From contig DXCP01000016.1 of the NCBI GenBank assembly GCA_019115965.1, forward strand, positions 6,003-70,002: 64,000 nt of DNA, in the 5' to 3' direction. Numbering within the stretch: position 1 is the first letter of the stretch; each line of letters begins with the position of its first letter. The position numbers and the translations under genes are program-made. Under the pieces are notes generated by a model. The model was not told where the DNA came from, searched no databases, and worked only from the letters and a program-made list of their open reading frames with translations. The stretch is from Candidatus Olsenella excrementavium (lineage in GTDB: Bacteria; Actinomycetota; Coriobacteriia; Coriobacteriales; Atopobiaceae). Positions 51,393-61,294 of this stretch are shown piece by piece.

Positions 51393-52061
51393 TTACCCAG
51401 AGTTTGTTTCGTCGGCGTTAACGATTGGGGACGAATCGGCGGCAACGTCGCGCGCCGGACGGCGAAGCAGGGCGCGAGCTCCTCGTTCGTCTGTGTACGC
51501 GCGGGCGAGAAGGGCATGGAACCGTTCGTTGTGGCTCGGCTCCAGGAGGTGCGTGAGCTCGTGGGTCACAACGTAGTCCAGGCAGGTGGGCGGGTAGGCG
51601 GCCAGGCGCACGTTGACGCGGATGCGTGCGGTTTTGGGCGTGCACGAGCCCCAGCGCGTGGACATGACGCGCAGCTGCCAGCTGGCGGCGCGCACGCCGA
51701 GCGCGGACTCCATGCGCGCGGCGACCTCGGGCAGCCGTGCGGCCAGCTCGGTGCGGTAGAGCTCGTCGGGGGCGGTCCCGGCGGGCAGCGGCACGAGCGC
51801 GCCCCAGAGCGGGACGAGGCCGTCATCGGGCGCGGCGGCGCGTGCCTCCCGGAGCCGGACATGGTTGCGCAGCCAGGCCTCGTGCGCATCCAGGAAGCGC
51901 TGCGCCTCGGCGAGTGAGCAGCGAGCGGGAACGGACAGGTGTGCCGAGCCATCCGCGCGCACCCGCAGGTTGAGCCGACGCACGCGCTTGCGCTCCACCT
52001 CGACGGGGATGCCGGACGCTCCGCCCGCGAACAGGGTCCAGATTGTGGTTCTTCTCGTCAT
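51393..52061 (-). CDS. M48/YgjP (DUF45) metallo-hydrolase
   Basis: RWGSC, YVVTHELTHL, H...F; TACAAT 6 nt before ATG suggests leaderless mRNA. Confidence 0.85.
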   Translation of the reverse strand: MTRRTTIWTLFAGGASGIPVEVERKRVRRLNLRVRADGSAHLSVPARCSLAEAQRFLDAHEAWLRNHVRLREARAAAPDDGLVPLWGALVPLPAGTAPDELYRTELAARLPEVAARMESALGVRAASWQLRVMSTRWGSCTPKTARIRVNVRLAAYPPTCLDYVVTHELTHLLEPSHNERFHALLARAYTDERGARALLRRPARDVAADSSPIVNADETNSG

Positions 52062-52083
52062 GCGCGCATTGTAGCGCGCCCGC

Positions 52084-52656
52084 CTAGAAAATGACGTCCA
52101 GCAGCGCGTCCACGAGGAGGAAGACAACGACGACTCCGATGAACCCAAGCACACGGTGACCCCTGGGGCGCTCGTTGCCTGTGGGCAGCTCCCCGGTCTC
52201 GATGAAGCGCGCCACCTCGCGGGTTACGCGCAGGTCGTAGTCACGCTCGAGCCGCCATGCCCGCCAGGCGAGCGGCGCGCAAACGACGAGCAGTGCGCAC
52301 CAGACCCAGAGGAGGTTCGTACCGCTGATGCGCTCGGTAAGGTCGAGCGCGATCGCCGGGACCCAGAGGAGTGCGAGCGCTCCATAGATGACCCCGAGCT
52401 CGCGCCGCGCCGCCTCGGTGCCCTGCCGGGCCGCCCGCACCTGCTCCTCGCCGAGGAGCTCCGACAACGGGCGCCCCACCTCGCCCGCCATCGCCGCCAG
52501 GCTCTGCACGTCAACGAGCGTCTTGCCTCGCTCCCAGTTGCTGACGGTCTGTCTCGAGACGTGCAGGCGCTCGGCCAGCTCCTCCTGGCTCCAGCCGCGC
52601 GCATCGCGCAGCTCGGCGATCCGTCGCCCGATGGTCTCCTTGTCCAGCCTCGTCAT
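52084..52656 (-). CDS. Xre HTH regulator with C-terminal TM segments
   Basis: SQEELAERLHVSRQTVSNWERG. Confidence 0.85.
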   Translation of the reverse strand: MTRLDKETIGRRIAELRDARGWSQEELAERLHVSRQTVSNWERGKTLVDVQSLAAMAGEVGRPLSELLGEEQVRAARQGTEAARRELGVIYGALALLWVPAIALDLTERISGTNLLWVWCALLVVCAPLAWRAWRLERDYDLRVTREVARFIETGELPTGNERPRGHRVLGFIGVVVVFLLVDALLDVIF

Positions 52657-52716
52657 GGCGCCTCCTCTCTGCCTCCCAGCATGCCACGACGGCGCCCGTC
52701 CGTCTGCCAAAAGGCT

Positions 52717-52844
52717 TTTGCATCGGTGTAGGGCCCCGGCCAGACTGTCGTTTTTTACGCATCCCGGGGACGTTTCTGGGCCAAAGATGCCCCAAAGGCG
52801 ACAGTCTGCGGATGACGCGCGCCTCAGTGCCGTAACGATGCAAA
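52717..52844. repeat. Family G spaced inverted repeat, copy 2, nested in an outer TTTGCATCG/CGATGCAAA repeat
   Basis: CAGACTGTCG 52741-52750 / CGACAGTCTG 52799-52808. Confidence 0.6.
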
Positions 52845-52859
52845 CGCCGAGAGGGACCC

Positions 52860-53531
52860 CTACTCGAGAAGGCCCTCCCAGCCGTCGATCCACAGGTCCG
52901 CCGTGCGTCGCAGCTCGGCGGAGGGCTGGCGCGGGTCGCTGCTGGCCACGGCGACCGTGGTCATGCCGGCACGCGCCGCCGAGAGCGTTCCGGGCAGGAT
53001 GTCCTCGAAGACGACGCAGCCCGCAGGCTCCGTCCCCAGGCGCCGGGCCGCCTCGAGGTAGATGTCGGGGTGATCCTTGCCGTGCGCCACCTCGCGCCCG
53101 CAGACCACTGCGTCGAAGAGCGCATACACGTCCACGTGGCGCATTGCGCCGAGCACGTGCGGGTCGTTGGTGGTGGCCAGCCCCACGCGCACCCCGCGAG
53201 AGCGCAGCGCGCGCACGTACGCCTCGGCGCCGGGGCGCAGGCGGACCTCGTTCTCGTAGAGCGCGGCTCCCAGGCGGTTCCACTCGTCCACGATGTCGGC
53301 AACCTCGTCGCGAAGTCGGTAGCGCTCGACGCACCACTGCGCGCCCGCGGCAAAGCCGAGCGTTGCCAGCGTGGTCGAGGCGTCCTCATCAAAGGGGAGT
53401 CCGCGTGTGGCAAAGAAGATCTCGTCGACCCGGCGCCAGAGCGGCCAGGTCTCGGCGAGCGTGCCGTCAAAGTCAAAGATTGCTGCCGAGAAGGACGGCG
53501 GCCAGAGGCTCGCCCGCAGCGAAGCCGTCAT
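52860..53531 (-). CDS. HAD family phosphatase
   Basis: FDFDGTL, K..PDIY, VFED. Confidence 0.88.
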   Translation of the reverse strand: MTASLRASLWPPSFSAAIFDFDGTLAETWPLWRRVDEIFFATRGLPFDEDASTTLATLGFAAGAQWCVERYRLRDEVADIVDEWNRLGAALYENEVRLRPGAEAYVRALRSRGVRVGLATTNDPHVLGAMRHVDVYALFDAVVCGREVAHGKDHPDIYLEAARRLGTEPAGCVVFEDILPGTLSAARAGMTTVAVASSDPRQPSAELRRTADLWIDGWEGLLE

Positions 53532-55747
53532 CGGTCGGGCTCGTCCTCGAGCGAGCGGTACACGCCAAAGAGGATGTCGTCTCGCAGGACGGAGCAGAGC
53601 GAGCGCACCACGTCACGGCCCACGCCAAAGAGCTCGGTGTCCACGGCGGCGCGACTCGCCTCCATGAGGACGGTCCCCACCTCCTCGGTGGGGGCGAGCG
53701 GGATGTCCTCGGCGCGCAGCGCGCGCTCTACCTGCTCGGGCGTGAGGGTGGCGTCCGAGGCGCCCCCCACGTGGCCGATGAGCGCCACCACGGCGAGGCC
53801 GGCCACGAGCACGGGCGCGCCGAGACGCGAGCATGCGAGCTGATAGCAGGCCTGCGCGGCGAGCACATGGCCCTCCTGCCACTGAAGCTGCGCCATGCGC
53901 AGGTAGCCAAGGCCAATGGCCTCGGGGTCGTGTGCGAGCGAGAGCAGCCGGCGCAGCTCGTCGGCCGCGCCGCGCGGCTCCCCGGCGGCCTCGAGGCACT
54001 GCGCGAGGTGAAGGCTCGCCTGCGAGGAGAGGGGCGCCACCTCGCATGCGAGCCGCGCATGGGCGAGTGCCTCGCCGGTGTCGCCGCGCGCGAGGGCGCA
54101 GGCGGAGACGATCAGGTGGCCCTCGAGATAGGCGTCGGGGGCGAGCCGGCACGTCTCGCCCGGAGGGGCGACGAGCCGGTTGTAGAGGACACGGTCCGCA
54201 TAGGTGCCAAAGGAGCGCCACGCGAATCCGTCACCGTCGGCGTAGGGTCCGGCCCCATCGGGTGTGGAGAGGGCCTCGCGGGCTCGCTGTTCGGCGGCCT
54301 CGACGTCACGCGCATAGAAGGACTCGCGAGCGCGCCGCACACCCTGGTCGAGCGGGTCGCCGTTCACGAGAGCCTCCGCAATCGCCAGGGGGTCGTCCTC
54401 GAGGGTCCCGTCGATGAGGGCGCCCACGCAGCGCAGCGCGGCCTCGCGGACGTCCTCGGGCGCGCCCTCGGCCGCGGCGAGCAGCGCGCGCACGTTCTGC
54501 TCGGTCGACGTCCCAAGGCTCCGCGCGAGCTCGTCGGCCGCGCGCCGCCGCGCCGCAGCCTCGTCGATCCCGAGGTCACGCACGTTCGTGGCACCCAGCT
54601 CTTGAGCGGGTCCCGGCGAGAGCGTCCTCTCGGTGAGCTCGGTCACGTCCCAGCGCCTCGCGGGGCAGAGGGTCTCGTCGTCGAGGGAGAAGCCCTGTCG
54701 CACGGGGGCCAGCGTGAGGTTCTGCTCGTCCAGCGTCGCTCCTGCCGCACGCATGAGCGCCCAGACGTCCAGCGGCGCCTCGAGGTCGACTCCCTCGAGC
54801 TGCGAGCGCGTGAAGCGTACGGAGTAGTAGCAGTCGTGGCGAACGGGCCCGTCGACGACGCCCGCCACCCAGACCTCCTCGAGCTGGGGCGCCACGAGCA
54901 GGGCATAGCCGGCGAGAAGGACGCCCAGGCGCAGGTTGTAGTCGCTCGCCGCACGTCGGCGCATCTCGGTCGTGGATGCGACGATGCCCAGCCCGTCCAC
55001 GTAGGCCGTGGCAGACCAGATGCGCGGTGGCACCAGGTCGATCTCGAAGGCGGCGCGCCGACCGAGCGCGTTGACGCGGAAGCGGGCGGTGAGGCGGTAG
55101 GGGACGCGCGCGGACTCGATTGCCTCGGAGAGCGCCTGGCGCACGTCCCACTCGCCGCGAGTCGGTCCCTCGCGACGGCTGGCAAGCTCGGTCGCCTGGG
55201 CGACAATCGAGCGCGCGCAACGGGCCTCGAGGCGGACGAGGTCCTCGCAGGTTGCGGCCTCCGGGTCCTCGAGCGCTTGCGTGGCGAGCAGCGCCCCGTT
55301 GAGCGCCGCCTCGATGCGCAGGACGCGGAGCTTTGCGGTGTAGCCGAGCTCGTCCTCGTCTATGCGCAGATAGAAGAGGCCCGAGGTGCGCGGACGGACC
55401 ACCCTGACCGTGGGTGTCTCGCGAGGGTCCGACTCCAGGAGCGCGGCCTCCTGGAGGCGCTCGGCGAGATGGGTCTCGAGCGCGCTCGGTGCGTCGCCGG
55501 CCTCGGCGCTCGCAGCACGCGCGCGCACGTCGTCGACGAGTCGCCGAAGGACGAGAAAGGGGTCCGTCGAGTTGGCGAGCTTCTGTGCGAGCGCGTCGAG
55601 GTCGAGGCGAGAGGCAGCGGCGGGTTCTGCCTCGTCCGTGCGCCGCTCGTCCTCGCCGGTGGCAGGGACGTCCGTCTCGGTGCCCACGAGCGCGGCGAAG
55701 AGCCTGCCGAGCCTGCCGTGGCGCTCGCTCCTCTCGTCCTCGCTCAT
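53528..55747 (-). CDS. Conserved hypothetical protein with TPR-like C-terminal region
   Basis: Long ORF with GC3-type codon bias, helical Ala/Leu-rich repeats, RBS GAGGAGG, overlaps HAD gene. Confidence 0.65.
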   Translation of the reverse strand: MSEDERSERHGRLGRLFAALVGTETDVPATGEDERRTDEAEPAAASRLDLDALAQKLANSTDPFLVLRRLVDDVRARAASAEAGDAPSALETHLAERLQEAALLESDPRETPTVRVVRPRTSGLFYLRIDEDELGYTAKLRVLRIEAALNGALLATQALEDPEAATCEDLVRLEARCARSIVAQATELASRREGPTRGEWDVRQALSEAIESARVPYRLTARFRVNALGRRAAFEIDLVPPRIWSATAYVDGLGIVASTTEMRRRAASDYNLRLGVLLAGYALLVAPQLEEVWVAGVVDGPVRHDCYYSVRFTRSQLEGVDLEAPLDVWALMRAAGATLDEQNLTLAPVRQGFSLDDETLCPARRWDVTELTERTLSPGPAQELGATNVRDLGIDEAAARRRAADELARSLGTSTEQNVRALLAAAEGAPEDVREAALRCVGALIDGTLEDDPLAIAEALVNGDPLDQGVRRARESFYARDVEAAEQRAREALSTPDGAGPYADGDGFAWRSFGTYADRVLYNRLVAPPGETCRLAPDAYLEGHLIVSACALARGDTGEALAHARLACEVAPLSSQASLHLAQCLEAAGEPRGAADELRRLLSLAHDPEAIGLGYLRMAQLQWQEGHVLAAQACYQLACSRLGAPVLVAGLAVVALIGHVGGASDATLTPEQVERALRAEDIPLAPTEEVGTVLMEASRAAVDTELFGVGRDVVRSLCSVLRDDILFGVYRSLEDEPDR

Positions 55748-55778
55748 GGCACCTCCTCTCTGGCGCTCTTCTCGTCCC

Positions 55779-57062
55779 TTACTTATTCCCCTCTATCGCG
55801 TGTCGCGTGCCGTCGATGATGACCTCGCGATGGTTGACGCGGCGGATGAAGAGACCGCTCAGGAGCTTGGGCGCGAACCACGTGGATTTGGGGGGCATGG
55901 TGAGTCCGGCGTCGGCGACGGACATGACCTGGGCGGCGGAGGTGGGGTAGAGCGCAAACGCCACGCCCTTCTCGCCCGCCCGTCGTTCGAGCTCACCCGC
56001 GTCCGGGTCGCCGATGAACGAGACGCGCGGGTCGCGCGTGGGGTCCTCCACGCCGAGCACGGGGCCGAGCACGCGCTCCTGGAGGAGCGCGGCGTCGAGC
56101 GCCGCGGCGGGGTCGTTTGGCAGCGGCTCCGGGAACGTGAGCTCGCGCCACGCTCCGAAGGCCCGCATGCCGGCGCGGCCGGGTCCCGACGGCACGACGG
56201 GGGACTCGGCTCGGGGCCCGACGGAGACGCCCTGAGCCTCGAGCGCGCGCACGAGCTCGTCCTCGGATAGTCCGTTCGCGTCCGCGACGACGCGGTCGTA
56301 CGCGCGCACGGAGAGCTGGCTTGCGGGGAAGAGGACGCCGAGGACGTAGTTGTACGCCTCGGCGCCGCTGCAGCGCTCGCCCTCGGCTGTGCGCATCTGG
56401 TGACAGACCTGCTCGGCGGCCGCGATTCTGTGGTGGCCGTCGGCGATGTAGGCGCGGTCGACGTATTCGAGCATGAGTCGCAGGGACTCCACGGCCGCCG
56501 GTCGCGCCACGCGCCAGATGGTGTGCTCCACCCCGGCGTAGTCCGTGAGCTCGTAGAGCGCATCGGCGGCCTTCGCCGCCTCGACGAGCGCCTCGAGCAC
56601 GGGGTTGTCGCGATAGGCGAGCAGCGCCGGTCCCGTCTGGCAGCAGGTGGCCATGATGTGGCGGGCACGGTCCTCGACCTTTGCCGGTCTCGTGAGCTCG
56701 TGACGGCGGATGATGCCGTTGCTGTAGTCGTCGATCGAGAACGCGGCGACGATGCCGGTCTGCTCGTGCCCGTCCGCGCGCAGGCGCCAGAGGTAGAAGC
56801 ACGGCGTGCCGTCGCGCAGGAGCGTGCCGTCGGTCACGCGCTCGACGAGCAGGTCGTGGGCGCGTGCGTAGACGTCGTCCGCGTACATGTCGTGATCCGC
56901 GGGAAACGCCGTCTCCGGACGGTCCACGGCGAGGAAGGAGGTGGGGTGCTCGGCGACGTAGGCGCCGGCCCCGGCGCGATCGAAGGCGTCGTAGGGCGGC
57001 GCGGCGAACTCGGCGGCGCGCTCGGGGCGCGGGCGGTAGCAGGTTATGGGCTCGACGTGCAT
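55779..57062 (-). CDS. DUF1015 family protein
   Basis: APPYD, RHELT, YIADGHHR, MPPKSTWF.PKL.SGL. Confidence 0.9.
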   Translation of the reverse strand: MHVEPITCYRPRPERAAEFAAPPYDAFDRAGAGAYVAEHPTSFLAVDRPETAFPADHDMYADDVYARAHDLLVERVTDGTLLRDGTPCFYLWRLRADGHEQTGIVAAFSIDDYSNGIIRRHELTRPAKVEDRARHIMATCCQTGPALLAYRDNPVLEALVEAAKAADALYELTDYAGVEHTIWRVARPAAVESLRLMLEYVDRAYIADGHHRIAAAEQVCHQMRTAEGERCSGAEAYNYVLGVLFPASQLSVRAYDRVVADANGLSEDELVRALEAQGVSVGPRAESPVVPSGPGRAGMRAFGAWRELTFPEPLPNDPAAALDAALLQERVLGPVLGVEDPTRDPRVSFIGDPDAGELERRAGEKGVAFALYPTSAAQVMSVADAGLTMPPKSTWFAPKLLSGLFIRRVNHREVIIDGTRHAIEGNK

Positions 57063-57120
57063 GGGGCCTCCGTTCGGTTGCGTGGAACACATCATACCCC
57101 GCAACGCGGGCGCTCCGGAC

Positions 57121-57293
57121 GCTTTGGGCTCACGCGCCCGGGCAAGCGGACCCAAACCTCACTCCGGTTTGGGTTCATCTTGCGGCGCTCCGCCAAGTTG
57201 CGCGGAGCGTTGTCGCAGGAAACGGGCTTGGAGAGCTCGGGCCGCGAACCCAAACCGGGAGGGGCGGCGCAAAGCTTCCAATGGTTTGGGTTC
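57121..57293. repeat. Family C: five alternating-orientation copies of GAACCCAAACC
   Basis: Copies at 57121(rc), 57148, 57166(rc), 57246, 57283(rc). Confidence 0.7.
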
Positions 57294-57334
57294 GCCTCCA
57301 TGCTACCCTGAGGTGAGACAATGAGGGAGGGACC

Positions 57335-58045
57335 ATGGCACTTTCGGACGCAGACGTCACGGGCAGAAAGCTCGTGATCTTCGACTTTGACGGGACACTG
57401 GCAAACACCGTGCCGAGCATCGTGAGCACTGCCCGCAGGGTCCTCGCGCACCACGGGCTCACCGAGGAGTCGATGGGCGACCTCAAGCGCCTCGTGGGTC
57501 CCCCCTTCCCGCAGGCCTACGAGTGGGTCTACGGGTTCTCGCCCGAGGAGGCGGCCCAGATCACAGCGGAGTATCGCGCCCTCTACAACACGATCGGCGC
57601 GGCGGCCTGGCCTCTGTTCCCCGGTGTCCGCGAGATGCTCTCTTCGGTGCGGGACGCCGGCAGGCTCACGGCGGTGGCGTCGTCCAAGCAAATGCGCCTG
57701 ATCTCTCGCGCACTCGACGACAACGACATCCGAGACCTCTTCGACATCGCCCTCGGCAAGTCAAGCGATGCGGAGGGCGATAAGATCTCGCTCATCGGGC
57801 GCGTGATGAGCGAGTTGGGGGTGGGGCCCGACGAGACCGTCATGGTTGGCGACCGCCATCACGACGTGGAGGCGGCCGCGGCGTGCGGCGTGCCCTGCGT
57901 GGGTGTCACCTACGGCGGCGCGACACCTCCCGGTGAGCTTGAGGCGGCGGGCGCCTGCATCGTGGTGGACACGGTGGAGGAGCTGCTCCGCGCCCTTCTC
58001 GGCCACCGCGCGCCCGCCGCGCCGTTCACCGCGCCCGTCGAGTAG
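57335..58045 (+). CDS. HAD hydrolase (phosphoglycolate phosphatase/5'-nucleotidase-like)
   Basis: FDFDGTL, VGPP, ASSK, MVGDR.HD. Confidence 0.88.
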   Translation: MALSDADVTGRKLVIFDFDGTLANTVPSIVSTARRVLAHHGLTEESMGDLKRLVGPPFPQAYEWVYGFSPEEAAQITAEYRALYNTIGAAAWPLFPGVREMLSSVRDAGRLTAVASSKQMRLISRALDDNDIRDLFDIALGKSSDAEGDKISLIGRVMSELGVGPDETVMVGDRHHDVEAAAACGVPCVGVTYGGATPPGELEAAGACIVVDTVEELLRALLGHRAPAAPFTAPVE

Positions 58046-58119
58046 TCGCGCCCCAACCTGGGTAGAAGAGCGAGCATGGAAGGGGCGCCATGCGCCCAAA
58101 GAGGACGAAGGGAGCGGAC

Positions 58120-58455
58120 ATGGCTGACTTTGACCTGACCGAGGGCCTGCGCAAGATGTTCCTGGCCGGCGTGGGTGCCGTGGCCACGGGCGCCGAGAAG
58201 ACACAGGAGGTCGTCGAGGAGTTCGTGAAGAAGGGCGAGCTGACGGTCGAACAGGGCAAGACGCTCAACCAGGAGCTTACGCACAAGGTCAAGGAGGTCG
58301 TCGAGAACACCTCCGACAACGCGCTCCGTGCCCGACTCTCGTCGATGACCGCGGAGGAGCGTGCCGCCTTTGCCGAGAAGGTTGCCGCCATGTCCGCCGA
58401 GATTGACGCCGAGACCGTCAAGGTGGACGTCGAGGACGCGGCGGACGCCGAGTAG
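58120..58455 (+). CDS. Phasin-like small protein
   Basis: FLAGVGA.A...EK, VKKGELTVEQGK.LN.EL. Confidence 0.75.
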   Translation: MADFDLTEGLRKMFLAGVGAVATGAEKTQEVVEEFVKKGELTVEQGKTLNQELTHKVKEVVENTSDNALRARLSSMTAEERAAFAEKVAAMSAEIDAETVKVDVEDAADAE

Positions 58456-58464
58456 GTACGAGGC

Positions 58465-60300
58465 GTGGCGCACGACAAGGACGAGAAGCTGGAGCTGGAC
58501 GGCTCGCCCGAGGGCGAGGCGGTGCCGCACGACGAGGATGCCGTTCCGGAGGGCGCGCCTACGCCCGAGGAGCTTACCGCTCGTGCGGCGCGTTCTGCCC
58601 AGGAGCTGCTCGACGCATGGTACGAGCAGGTGAGCCGCGAGTCGATGGTGGGGGACCGCCAGACGATCGGCCTCTTTGGCGGACGAAGCGATGACGAGTT
58701 CGCGCTCACGCGCGGCTCTCGGCTCGCGCGCATCGGCGAGATGCTCCAGATAGTGCGCCGCTATGACATCTTCCACGGGCTCACGCCCAAGAGTCTGCGC
58801 CGCATGCTCGAGGAGCTGGGGCCGACCTTCGTCAAGGCCGGCCAGATTCTCTCCATGCGCTCCGAGATCCTGCCCGAGAGCTTCACACGCGAGCTCTCGC
58901 GCCTGCGCACCGACGTGGAGCCCATGGACCGCGACACCGTGCTCGCGGCGCTGCGCGCCGAGTACGACCGCCCGATCGAGGACATCTTCGACGCTATCGA
59001 CGACCGCCCCCTGGGGTCGGCCTCCGTCGCCCAGGTCCATAAGGCGCGTCTCGTCACCGGCGAGCTCGTGGCCGTGAAGATCCAGCGCCCGCACGTACAG
59101 GAGATCATGGCGCAGGACATCTCGATCATGCGCTCTCTCGCGCGCCATGCGATGCGCTTCATGGGCGACGACCAGTTCCTCGACCTGCAGTCGGTCGTGG
59201 ACGAGCTCTGGCAGAGCTTCCGCGAGGAGACGGACTTCCTCGTGGAGGCGCGCAGCCTCGAGGAGTTCCGTCGCAACAACGCGAGCTGTGCCTTCGTCGA
59301 CTGCCCCAAGCCCTACCCGTCCTTGTGCACCCGGCACGTCGTGGTCATGGACTACGTCGAGGGCATCCCGATCAACGACTCGGCGCGGCTTCTCGCCGCC
59401 GGCTACGACCTCTCCGAGATTGGCATCAAGCTCGCGGACAACTATACGAGCCAGATGCTCGACGACGGGTTCTTCCACGCCGACCCGCACCCCGGCAACC
59501 TCGTGGTCGTGGGCGGCAAGATCGTCTATCTCGACCTCGGCATCATGGGCCGGCTCTCCAGTCACGACCGTTCCGCGATGCGCGACATGGTGACGGCCGT
59601 CGCCGCCTGCGACTCTCCGGGGCTCGCCGAGGGGCTCAAGCGCTTCTCGGTCTCCGATACCTCCGATGTGGAGCAGGCGCACCTCCTGGCCGATCTCGAT
59701 GCCATAGTCGCCGACTACGGTCTCTCCGACCTCTCCGACCTCGATGTGGGTTCGTTCCTCAACGCACTGATCTCCATGGCGCAGAAGGACGGCATCGAGC
59801 TCCCCAGCTCGGTGACGATGCTCGCCCGCTCGCTCGTCACGCTCGAGGGTACGGTGCACGACCTGCTTCCGGAAACCTCGATCGTCGAGATCATCCATGA
59901 GCACCTTCGCGCTCACGGCAGCGTCTCCGACCTCGTCCGCCGCGAGACGGACCGCCTTGCCCGTGAGTCCGTGGCGGCCACCCACGGCCTGCTCAGCGCC
60001 GCGGGGGACGCCGGTCTCGCCATGCGCATGCTCACGCGCGGCCAACTCCGCGTGAACCTCGACCTTGCCGGAACGGCGGACCCGCTCGAGGACCTGTCGC
60101 GCATCGCCAACCGCCTTACGATGAGCGTCATCGTTGCGGGCCTCTTCATCGGCTCGTCCGTGGTCTACTACGCACGCATCCAGCCGGTCATCTTTGGCAT
60201 TCCCATCATCGGTTTTTTGGGGTACCTCGCCGCGTTCGTGCTCGGCGTGTGGGTGGCGATCGACATTATCCGAGAGAGCCATCGTCGCAGAAGGCGCTAG
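58465..60300 (+). CDS. ABC1/UbiB (AarF) family kinase
   Basis: LGPTFVK.GQ, SASVAQVH, VAVKIQRP, FFHADPHPGN, LDLG. Confidence 0.92.
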   Translation: MAHDKDEKLELDGSPEGEAVPHDEDAVPEGAPTPEELTARAARSAQELLDAWYEQVSRESMVGDRQTIGLFGGRSDDEFALTRGSRLARIGEMLQIVRRYDIFHGLTPKSLRRMLEELGPTFVKAGQILSMRSEILPESFTRELSRLRTDVEPMDRDTVLAALRAEYDRPIEDIFDAIDDRPLGSASVAQVHKARLVTGELVAVKIQRPHVQEIMAQDISIMRSLARHAMRFMGDDQFLDLQSVVDELWQSFREETDFLVEARSLEEFRRNNASCAFVDCPKPYPSLCTRHVVVMDYVEGIPINDSARLLAAGYDLSEIGIKLADNYTSQMLDDGFFHADPHPGNLVVVGGKIVYLDLGIMGRLSSHDRSAMRDMVTAVAACDSPGLAEGLKRFSVSDTSDVEQAHLLADLDAIVADYGLSDLSDLDVGSFLNALISMAQKDGIELPSSVTMLARSLVTLEGTVHDLLPETSIVEIIHEHLRAHGSVSDLVRRETDRLARESVAATHGLLSAAGDAGLAMRMLTRGQLRVNLDLAGTADPLEDLSRIANRLTMSVIVAGLFIGSSVVYYARIQPVIFGIPIIGFLGYLAAFVLGVWVAIDIIRESHRRRRR

Positions 60301-60411
60301 GTCGCTCCTCTCTCAGGGTGCTGGCAGCGATGTGTCGGGTCTGTGATGGTTTCCTCACTTCCGTGGGGTCCGGTTCGTCCCGGGCACTTTGGGCAGAAGA
60401 GAAGTATCAGT

Positions 60412-60441
60412 CGGCCCGGAACCGTCCGGGCCGTTTTCTTT
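60412..60441 (+). terminator. Intrinsic terminator directly upstream of hdeD-like RBS
   Basis: CGGCCCGGA-ACCG-TCCGGGCCG-TTTTCTTT. Confidence 0.75.
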
Positions 60442-60454
60442 GGAGGGAATCTCA

Positions 60455-61045
60455 ATGGAGCGATACAACTCTGACTTCGACCATGTCGGCGACTTTGTCG
60501 AGCGCTGGAACGCCGGTGTGCGCCACGCGCGAATCTGGACCATCGTGATCGGAGCCCTTCTCGTCCTCGCGGGCATTGCGAGCGCGGCGGCACCCCTCAG
60601 CATCTACGCGCTCATCCAGGGCATCGTCGCAGCAGCGCTCATCGTGGGAGGCCTCGGGGAGGTGGCGTCGTACGTGCACATGCCCGAGCTCTTCCGCAGT
60701 CCTACGATGCTCGTGATGGGCGTGCTCAACGCCCTTCTCGGCATCATGCTGCTGACGTTGCCGGCCTACCTCACGGCCGGAACGGTCGTGTTCCTGCTGG
60801 CGTTCCTGTTCATCATCTCGGGCGCGGAGCGCGTCACCTATGCGCGTCGTCTTCGCTACTTCGGCCTGCCGGACTCGGGGCTTACCACGGTTACGGGCGT
60901 CCTCAACATCGTCTGCGGCGTGGCGTTTTTGATCATGCCGGCGTTCTCGGGCGTTGTATTTGGATACGTGATCGCGGCCTATCTGATCGTGGGTGGTGCG
61001 AGCCTGGTCGTGGAGGGCATCTCGATGCGAGCGATCGAGCGATAG
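60455..61045 (+). CDS. HdeD/DUF308 membrane protein
   Basis: Repeated G-rich TM hairpins (G.L..L.G), six TMs; RBS GGAGGG. Confidence 0.8.
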   Translation: MERYNSDFDHVGDFVERWNAGVRHARIWTIVIGALLVLAGIASAAAPLSIYALIQGIVAAALIVGGLGEVASYVHMPELFRSPTMLVMGVLNALLGIMLLTLPAYLTAGTVVFLLAFLFIISGAERVTYARRLRYFGLPDSGLTTVTGVLNIVCGVAFLIMPAFSGVVFGYVIAAYLIVGGASLVVEGISMRAIER

Positions 61046-61060
61046 CGTTACGTTTGGCAT

Positions 61061-61281
61061 TCCAGAAATCGCCGCCCTTGTCGCCGGACCCTCTAGAAAA
61101 ACCTGCCCTTGTCCGGTGCCCGTCTCCGAATCGCCGCCCTTGTCTGCTGAGCTGCCCTCTGGTTCGCACAAGGGCGGTTTTCTTTAGAACACTGCGGGAC
61201 AAGGTCTGCGATTTCAAGACGGCCCGCTGACAAGGGCCGCGATTCTTAGAACACGTGGCGACAAGGCCGGCGATTTCCGGG
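61061..61281. repeat. Family B array B3 (3 forward + 4 inverted), 13 bp from stop of nuclease-like gene
   Basis: Units at 61061, 61092, 61123; centre 61145-61166; inverted at 61167, 61198, 61229, 61260. Confidence 0.92.
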
Positions 61282-61294
61282 CGGCCCCGTTAAC

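Noticed and set aside
51200-51400. T-box riboswitch for trpB2
   Set aside because: No T-box consensus or stem I; the GGTGG match falls within in-frame Trp codons of a leader peptide
60330-60400. Fluoride, guanidine, TPP or c-di-AMP riboswitch
   Set aside because: Core consensus motifs as I recall them are not present
61061-61281. Tn7-like ends (3+4 22-bp sites starting GACAA)
   Set aside because: The resemblance is numerical only: no conserved TGT/ACA termini, no target duplication and no TnsB/TnsC in the window
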